64,000 nucleotides of DNA from an uncultured delta proteobacterium (lineage in GTDB: Bacteria > Myxococcota > Myxococcia > Myxococcales > Anaeromyxobacteraceae): assembly GCA_963845515.1 (NCBI GenBank), contig CAWJSR010000003.1, positions 126,022 to 190,021 on the forward strand, written 5' to 3'. The notes beneath the pieces were generated by a model. That model ran no database searches and was not told where the DNA came from. It saw nothing but the letters and a program-made list of their open reading frames with translations. Positions 57,176-64,000 of the stretch are shown piece by piece. Each line of letters opens with the position of its first letter. The stretch's first letter is position 1. The translations under genes and the position numbers were made by a program.

Positions 57176-58494
57176 TCCTGGAGCTCGGTCTCGCAGCGGC
57201 GCTCGCGGCGGCAGCTCCGTCGGCGTCGCGCGGTGGCGCGGAGTCCTGCCAGCCGTGCCACGCGAAGGAGACACCCGGGATCACACGGGTATGGGCCGAG
57301 TCGGCGCACGGGCGCGCCAAGGTGGGCTGCGCGGAGTGCCACGGCGCGGACGGACCGCGCAACCACCCGGCCTCCGGCGCGCGCGCCGCGGTGGAGGCGG
57401 CGGCGTGCCGGCGTTGCCACCCGAAGGCGGCGGCGCAGCACGCGGCGAGCAAGCACGGGATCGGCGTTCGCGCCGGCAAGGGGTGCACGCGGGGCGCGGC
57501 GCCCACGGCCCAGTCCAGCGCAGAGTGCTTGTCATGCCACGAGCCCGGAAGCTCCCAGCCGCGCGAGCAGGCGGAGTGCGCGCGCTTCCTGACGCAGTCC
57601 CCTGCGATGCAGCGCCAGGGCTGCACGGCCTGCCACGCGGTGGAGAGCCGCTGCGACACCTGCCACGGCGCACACCGCACCGAGCGGGCGCTCGCGCGGG
57701 ATCCGAACACCTGCGCCACCTGCCACATGGGGCCGGACCACGCGCAGTACGAGATGTGGCAGACCTCGCGGCACGGCGCCGTCTTCGCCTCGAAGGGGCT
57801 CGCCGAGGCGCCAGACTGCGCCACGTGCCACATGCCGGGCGGCACGCACGACGTAAGCCAGGGCATCTCGATGGATCTCGCCGGGAAGGCCTATCCTGCG
57901 GAGCGGCGGGACCGCGAGCGCGCCCGGATGATCGACGTATGCGCGCGCTGCCACACCCGCGCGTTCTCCGGACGCAACCTCGCCGACGGCGACGCGATCC
58001 AGAAGGAGAGCAAGGCGCTCGTCGACGAGGCGCTGGCGATCATCCGCGACCTCGATCGCCTCGGCCTCCTGGACCCCGCGCCGGCGTCGCGGCCGCCCCA
58101 CCCGCTCTCCGGCGCGGTGCTCGAGCTGGGGCCCCAGATGCTCTACGAGAACCTCTCCCGCCCGGAGGCGATCTTCTTCCGGATGAGGAAGTTCAGCTAC
58201 GCGACCGCGTTCAGGGGGGCCTTCCACCAGAACCCGGACTACGCCCACTGGCTGGGCAACGCGCCGCTGAAGCTCGCCCTGTCCGAGCTCCGGAGCGAGG
58301 CAGCGCTGCTGCGCAAGCTCCGCATCCTCGAGGAGCGGCTCGCCGCCAGCTCGCCCGGCGACGGCGCAGCGGGCGGGGCGGCAGCCCTGCGGAAGGAGCT
58401 GCAGCAGCTGCGCGAGCGGCGACTCCGAGGGGAGCTCGACGACGCCGCCCTCGAGCGGGCGCAGCGCGACGCCCTCGAGCGCGCCGGGCGGTGA
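57172..58494 (+). CDS. HAO-like multiheme cytochrome c with 9 CxxCH and SHOCT-like tail
   Basis: CQPCH, CAECH, CRRCH, CLSCH, CTACH, CDTCH, CATCH, CATCH, CARCH; GPDHAQYEMWQTSRHG; GAFHQNPDYAHWLG. Confidence 0.8.
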   Translation: MILELGLAAALAAAAPSASRGGAESCQPCHAKETPGITRVWAESAHGRAKVGCAECHGADGPRNHPASGARAAVEAAACRRCHPKAAAQHAASKHGIGVRAGKGCTRGAAPTAQSSAECLSCHEPGSSQPREQAECARFLTQSPAMQRQGCTACHAVESRCDTCHGAHRTERALARDPNTCATCHMGPDHAQYEMWQTSRHGAVFASKGLAEAPDCATCHMPGGTHDVSQGISMDLAGKAYPAERRDRERARMIDVCARCHTRAFSGRNLADGDAIQKESKALVDEALAIIRDLDRLGLLDPAPASRPPHPLSGAVLELGPQMLYENLSRPEAIFFRMRKFSYATAFRGAFHQNPDYAHWLGNAPLKLALSELRSEAALLRKLRILEERLAASSPGDGAAGGAAALRKELQQLRERRLRGELDDAALERAQRDALERAGR

Positions 58495-58546
58495 TCGAAG
58501 ATCGGCGGTCCCTGCCGACGCGCTGACCGGCGCGGTCAAGGCACGC

Positions 58547-59978
58547 GTGCAGGGCAGGGACATCGCCGAGCGGCGCGTCGTCGTCCTCTGGGACGCCGAG
58601 AATCCGGAGAACGTCATCGTCGGCGGGAACCGCTTCAGCTCGCTGCACGCGCAGCTCATGGAGGATGGGGAGGGCGGGACCCTCGTCGTCTGGAACGACT
58701 ACCGGAGCTACGTCCCGTCCCCAGCCGGTCCGCAGCAGATCAACATCCATGCGCAGCGGCTGAACGGCCGCGGCAAGGTGCTCTGGCACACCGCCAGCGT
58801 GCCCCTCTCCGTCGCGACGGGGGGGCAGTACTTCCCCCAGCTGATCTCCGACGGCAGCGGAGGGGCCATCGTCGTCTGGCAGGACCATCGGAGCGGCAGT
58901 CACTACGACATCTACGCCCAGAGAATCAGCCGAACCGGGGCCCTGCTGTGGGCCTCGGAGGTCGCGGTCTGCGCCGCCTCGGGTGACCAGGAGCACCCGA
59001 AGGTCGTCTCCGACGGCAACGGAGGGGCCATCGTCGCCTGGAACGATCACCGGAGCGGCAGCCGGTACGAGGTATACGCCCAGCGGATCGACGGGAGCGG
59101 CGCGCCGCGGTGGACCGCGAACGGAGTCCCCGTCGCCACCGCCTCCAACAACCCCCAGCCCCTCTTCCCCGAGCCCGTCCCGGACGGCGCAGGCGGCGCC
59201 ATCGTCGTCTGGCAGGACTACCGCAGCGGCGCCTGGTTCCTCTACGCGCAGCGGGTCGACGGCGCTGGTGCCACCGGGTGGACGGCCGGCGGCGTCCCCC
59301 TCTCCACGACCGCTGCGACCTACCAGTTCGCCGGCTTCGCTCGCCCCGTGCCGGACGGCGCAGGCGGCGCCATCGTCGCCTGGGAGAGCAGCGGCGCCTG
59401 GACCTCCCCCGGCAGCGACCTCCTCGCGCAGCGAATCGACGGACAGGGTGCGCTGCAGTGGGGCGCCTCGGGCGGTGGTCTCCGCCGCGGCGGGTGACCA
59501 GACCGCCCCCCGGATGACCACGGACGGTGACGGCGGCGCCATCATCGCGTGGGAAGACTGCCGGGTGGGCTCGGCCGTCCGGGACATCTACGCCCAGCGT
59601 GTGAGCGGGTCGGGGGCCGCCGCGTGGACCGCCGACGGCGTCCCCGTTGCCGCTGCCGCGGCGAGCCAGTACGAACCGCGGATCGTCCCGGACGGCAGGG
59701 GCGGCGCGATCGCCACCTGGTACGACTACCGGGACTACGACGTCCTGGACGACGGCGTCCTCCACGGCGTGGACACCTTCGCCCAGCGACTGAACGACCT
59801 CGGGGTCGCGCAGTGGACGGCGAACGGCACGCCGATCTCGACGGCTGTCCTCCACCAGATGTACCCGGAGATCGTCGTCGACCACTCGGGTGGCGCGATC
59901 ATCGTCTGGGAGGACTCGCGCACCGGGAGCGCCGTCGACCTCCGCTCGCAAGGCATCAGCTTCGGCGGGAAGCAGTGA
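58547..59978 (+). CDS. repeat protein (8 x DGxGGAIVxWxDxR...YAQR), likely beta-propeller; frameshift near 59470, N-terminus uncertain
   Basis: Eight repeats of about 55-60 aa spread over two frames. Confidence 0.65.
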
Positions 59979-60025
59979 CGGCCTGAGGGGATTCCCTCAC
60001 GGGCCGCACGCGGCCGGTAGCCGGC

Positions 60026-61240
60026 TCAGGGCGTCGTCGCGACGGCCTCCTCGCCGGGCGGCTGGGCGGGGGGCGCGCCCTCGAGGGGCTCCTCGTCGAT
60101 CCCGAGCAGCCGGTCGAAGACGAGGAGGATCACGAACGGCGTGATGAAGAGGGCGATGGCCGCCAGGATCCCCTCCCGGCCGTAGATCTCCGGGTCGTAG
60201 GGTGAGCGGAGGCCGCGGAGCGACTTGGACATCAGCTGCCCGCCGATGACGATGTTCCAGCGCATCGCGAAGACCTGGACCAGGCAGAGGAGCGCCGCGC
60301 TCGTCGTGAGGACGTTGCGCACCCGCTCGTGCAGGTACCGGTTCAGCAGCACGACGATGGCGAGGAGGATGAGTGGGATGAGGCCGCCGACGATCATCTG
60401 CAGGGTCATGTACGAGAACTGCAGGCGGGTGCTCAGCAGGTCGGAGACGATCAGCCACTCCTCCGAGCGCTCGTAGGCCATCATGACGATCTCCAGGAGC
60501 TCGAGCGTGATGGTCAGGATGAGGAAGAACCAGAGCTGGCGCGCGAGCGCCGCCACGCAGAGGGGATCGGCCTGCTTCCCCTTGAGCTTCGAGCGCGCCT
60601 GGTAGAGCACCATGAGCAGCGCGATGCCCGAGACGGCCGCCGAGAGGAGGAAGATGACCGGCATGAGCGGCGTCGACCACCACGGGTTGGCCTTGATCGC
60701 GCCGAAGATGAAGCCGACGTAGCCGTGGAGCATGCAGGCCATCGGGAGGCCGATCCCGGCCAGGATCTTGATGGCCCGGTGGTCGATGGCGATCGCCTCG
60801 CCGGAGGTGTCGTAGGTGTAGAGCGCGAGCGCCTTGTAGAGCGCGCGCATCGCACCGCGGCTGCGGCGGGCACGCTCGATGATGGCGCCGCGCCAGACGA
60901 ACCAGACCTCCAGGATCAGGACGGCGAGGTAGCCGCTGTAGAGGATCCCGAAGCCGGCCATCGCGGAGGTGAAGTGGGGCGTCACGATCACGAACGCGCC
61001 GCGCTCGGGGTGCCCGAGGTGAAGCTGCAGCGGCAGCGACGCGACCAGCAGGAACGCGAAGGAGGCCGCCATCGCGAGCCGCGCGACTGGCTTGAGCTCC
61101 TGGCGGCCGAAGAGGTGGTAGAGCGAGGTGACGATGAAGGACCCGGCCACGAAGCCCGTGACGTACGGGTACATCACGATCATCAGGCTCCAGTGGATGT
61201 GGGTGTCGTTGGGGAACGCGAACCCCGTGATCTCCGGCAT
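60026..61240 (-). CDS. NrfD/PsrC-family membrane subunit
   Basis: WSLMIVMYPYVTG, HLGHPER, LHGYVGFIFG, WWSTPLMP, MRWNIVIGGQ. Confidence 0.87.
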   Translation of the reverse strand: MPEITGFAFPNDTHIHWSLMIVMYPYVTGFVAGSFIVTSLYHLFGRQELKPVARLAMAASFAFLLVASLPLQLHLGHPERGAFVIVTPHFTSAMAGFGILYSGYLAVLILEVWFVWRGAIIERARRSRGAMRALYKALALYTYDTSGEAIAIDHRAIKILAGIGLPMACMLHGYVGFIFGAIKANPWWSTPLMPVIFLLSAAVSGIALLMVLYQARSKLKGKQADPLCVAALARQLWFFLILTITLELLEIVMMAYERSEEWLIVSDLLSTRLQFSYMTLQMIVGGLIPLILLAIVVLLNRYLHERVRNVLTTSAALLCLVQVFAMRWNIVIGGQLMSKSLRGLRSPYDPEIYGREGILAAIALFITPFVILLVFDRLLGIDEEPLEGAPPAQPPGEEAVATTP

Positions 61241-62082
61241 CACCGCACCTCGCGATCGAGGTTGAGGTAGAAGCACTGCGGCTCGGTGAGGAGGTGGCCC
61301 TGCAGGATGGCCACGCGGTCGTGCTCGATCGCCTGGCGCACCGGGTCCTCCTCGCGCTTCATGTCGCCGAACATGCGCGTCCCCGTCGGGCAGACCTCGA
61401 CGCAGGCCGGCTTCAGCCCCTTGGTGATCCGGTGGTAGCACCAGGTGCACTTCTCGGCCGTGTGCGAGACGGGGTTGATGAAGCGGCTGCCGTACGGGCA
61501 GGCCTGGACGCAGTAGGCGCAGCCGATGCAGCGCTCGCCGTCGACCATCACGACGCCGTCCTTCGTGCGGTAGCTCGCCCCGACCGGGCAGACCTGGATG
61601 CAGGGGGTCTCCTTGCAGTGGTTGCACATCTTCGGGACGAAGAAGTGCTTGGTCGCGACGAAGCCGACCTGCATCGGGGGGAAGCCGTCCTTCCCGCCGT
61701 TGGGCGAGTCGACGTGCGAGTCCTCGAGGCCGACGACGTAACGCTCTATCCAGGTCCGGAAGAAGCCGTCGGGCACCTTGTTCTCGGCGGCGCAGGCGCG
61801 GACGCAGGAGCCGCAGCCGATGCACTTCTGGGTGTCGATCAGGTACGCGTACCGGTGCTCGTTCCAGTCGTACCCTTCGCCCGGTGGCCTGCCGGGGGCG
61901 GCGCCCGTGGAGCCCTCGGCGCCCGGGACCCCGGCGAGGAGCACGATCGCGCCACCGGAGAGCCGGAGAACGCTGGCGAGGAACTGCCGGCGGGCCAGCT
62001 CGGACGGCCCGCCCGCGGTGGAGGCTTCGGCGGGAGCGGTCCTGGCCGGGGTGCCGGGGACGCTCTCTTCGCGCTTCTCCAT
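61240..62082 (-). CDS. Tat-exported 4Fe-4S dicluster protein (NrfC/DsrO-like)
   Basis: ARRQFL Tat motif; CIGCGSCVRAC, CNHC..PCIQVCP, CIGCAYCVQACP, CTWC..CVEVCP. Confidence 0.88.
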   Translation of the reverse strand: MEKREESVPGTPARTAPAEASTAGGPSELARRQFLASVLRLSGGAIVLLAGVPGAEGSTGAAPGRPPGEGYDWNEHRYAYLIDTQKCIGCGSCVRACAAENKVPDGFFRTWIERYVVGLEDSHVDSPNGGKDGFPPMQVGFVATKHFFVPKMCNHCKETPCIQVCPVGASYRTKDGVVMVDGERCIGCAYCVQACPYGSRFINPVSHTAEKCTWCYHRITKGLKPACVEVCPTGTRMFGDMKREEDPVRQAIEHDRVAILQGHLLTEPQCFYLNLDREVR

Positions 62083-62097
62083 GGCGTCGGCTCCTTC

Positions 62098-62579
62098 CTA
62101 GAGCTTCGGAGAGTGCGGGTCGTGGCAGTCCAGGCAGACGCGCCCCTGGACCGGACCTTGCGCGCCCTGCTCGTGGACGTGCTGATCGAGGACCACCTGC
62201 GGGAACTTCTCCGGGCCGCCCCAGGATCTTGCGGTGGCAGCGGGCGCAGAGCGTGAAGGAGGTGTCGATCGCCATCGCCGCCGACCGCTTCCCGCCGCTG
62301 ACGTGCAGGACGAGCGGCCCGTGGCAGACCTCGCAGCTCACCGTCTTGTGGCTGCCCGCCTGCCGCTTCTCCACGTTGGCGGGGTGGCACTCGGCGCAGG
62401 ACTGGACGCCGCCGTGCTGCGGCGGCCTGACGGCCATCTGCTCGGCGACGTTGTCCGCGCGGTACGGGCCGTAGAGCCCGAAGGAGCTGAGGGATCAGGA
62501 AGCCGCGACCGAGCGAGATCGCGACCACGATCACGACGAGCACCAGCAGGGCGCGGAAGACGTGACGTGCGTGCTCCAT
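62098..62579 (-). CDS. membrane-anchored tetraheme cytochrome c, frameshifted near 62490 and 62220
   Basis: N-terminal TM MEHARHVFRALLVLVV; CAECH, CEVCH, CARCH, CLDCH across three frames; ends HDPHSPKL. Confidence 0.75.
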
Positions 62580-63017
62580 CCGGCCATCTCCTCTCGCGGC
62601 GGTCAGTCGTCGAGCCGCTCCGGTGCGAAGAACCAGGCCAGCCAGCGGCCGCGCTCGGGCGCGGTCGCGGAGGGTCTTCGGGGAGCGCCTCGGGCGCGAG
62701 GAGCAGCCACAGCGCGCCGCGTCGTTCCTCCGGCGCGCTCGCGATGCGGGGCGTGGGGAAGGCTCTCCCGTGCGAAAATTACGCGCAAGAAGGCTCCGAC
62801 CTGCTTCGCCCACGCTGGCCATCGAAACTCCTTCGCCGCCAATTCACCGTGGCATATCGCCCGTGTCAGTCCACAATCCCAGCCCCCATTGGCGGGGCTG
62901 ATGCGAGCCCCTGTGAGGGCCACCCGTTGGCGCGTGTCTGCATGACGCAGAGCTGTGCTCAAGTCTCCGATGACGGGCGTCCGATGCGTTCCCCTGCGGT
63001 CGACGAGGGAGGGCCCG

Positions 63018-64000
63018 ATGCACGACCGGACCAGCCGAGCTCGAGGTGCAGGTCACCGACCTGGCCGACGCGATGCGCAGGCTGGAGGGGAGGGTGGCGG
63101 CGCTCGAGAGCGGGGCGACGGCGGCGTCGGCGGAGGCGCGCGCGCGAGGCGGCGCTCGCCGCGGCCGTCGCGGAGGCGGCGCGCAGCGCGCCGGTCGGCG
63201 AGGCGGCGGTCACGACGATGCTCTCCCTCGTCGGGCGGACGCTGCTCGTCCTCGCCGGGCGCGTTCGTGCTCCGCGCCCTCACCGACAACGGCCGGCTCC
63301 CGACGGCGGCCGGCGCCGGGCTCGGCTTCCTCTACGCGGGCGTCTGGATCGCGCTCGCGGATCGCGCCGGGCGCGCCGGGGCCAGTCGGTGAGCGCCGGC
63401 TTCCACGGTCTCTCCGCGGTCCTCATCGGCTTCCCGCTCCTCTTCGAGGCGGCGACGCGGTTCCAGCTCCTCTCGCCGGCCGTGGCGACGCTCCTGCTCG
63501 CGCTCCTCACGGGCGTCGCGCTCGGCGTCGCCGCGTGGCGCGGCCTCTCCGGCCTCGCCTGGGCGATCGGCGCTCGGCGGCATCGCCACCGCGGTCGCCC
63601 TGATGGTCGTCGGCGGCCACTTCCTCGCCCCCGCGATCTACCTCGATCCTGCTCGGCGTCGCGGCGCTCTGGATCGGCTACGTCGCGCGACTGGTTCGGG
63701 CTGCGCTGGCCGCTCGCGCTCGCGGCCGACCTGGTCGCTCGTGGCCGTCGCGATGCGCGCCGTGGCGCCGACCGTCGTCGAGGGGCCGCGGGTCGCCTTC
63801 GTGCTCCAGGCGCTCCTGATCGCTGCGTACCTGGGCAGCATCGCGGCCCGGACCCTGCTGCTCGGGCGGGACGGTCGTCCCGTTCGAGATCGCGCAGACC
63901 GCGGCGTCGCTCGTCGTCGGGCTCGGCGGCGCGACCTTCGTCGCGGTCCGGACCGGCATGGCTCGGCCGGCTTCGGCGCGGCGGCGATCGCGCTCGGCGT
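63018..64000 (+). CDS. polytopic membrane protein (DUF2339-like), multiply frameshifted, runs off the window
   Basis: Coiled coil LEGRVAALE, then LVGRTLLVLAG/AFVLRALTD, GFPLLFEAATRF and further hydrophobic segments in shifting frames. Confidence 0.55.

Noticed and set aside
58680..59920. Non-coding repeat array
   Set aside because: The repeats are in-frame protein repeats with synonymous variation
62927..62943. sigma54 promoter TTGGCGCGTGTCTGCAT before the DUF2339-like gene
   Set aside because: GG-to-GC spacing is 9 nt, not 10; an indel error cannot be excluded in this error-prone region

Overview
Very GC-rich bacterial chromosomal window. Gene content and style (AgmX-like C-terminal domain, MJ0042 zinc-ribbon protein, DUF4388/J-like/TPR protein, paired ArsA ATPases, many multiheme cytochromes) suggest an Anaeromyxobacter-like Myxococcota anaerobe (inference). 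About 55 CDS are supported: deoC-deoB, an Opp-type ABC operon, a Phd/VapC toxin-antitoxin pair, glgP, acsA, a USP, an FhlA-like sigma54 activator, metY, fadD, acnA, rnhA, tatA, rtcB, two MFS pumps and ruvC-ruvA (no ruvB). There are four respiratory-cytochrome modules: (i) a putative sigma54-driven hemerythrin / YwiC / octaheme HAO-like operon, (ii) hemerythrin plus a NapC/NirT-like hexaheme, (iii) a beta-propeller lipoprotein translationally coupled to a nine-CxxCH HAO-like cytochrome, both ending in SHOCT-like tails, which is the best candidate for an undescribed system, and (iv) a tetraheme c / NrfC / NrfD operon. Non-coding signals include a REP-like palindrome family, several promoters, tandem CRP/FNR-like boxes and a recurrent TAnnnT motif 6-10 nt before ATG that suggests leaderless transcripts. 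Several genes after about 30 kb carry short frameshifts, probably assembly errors. No rRNA, tRNA, CRISPR array or transposase was recognised. All calls come from reading motifs by eye; no database searches were run.
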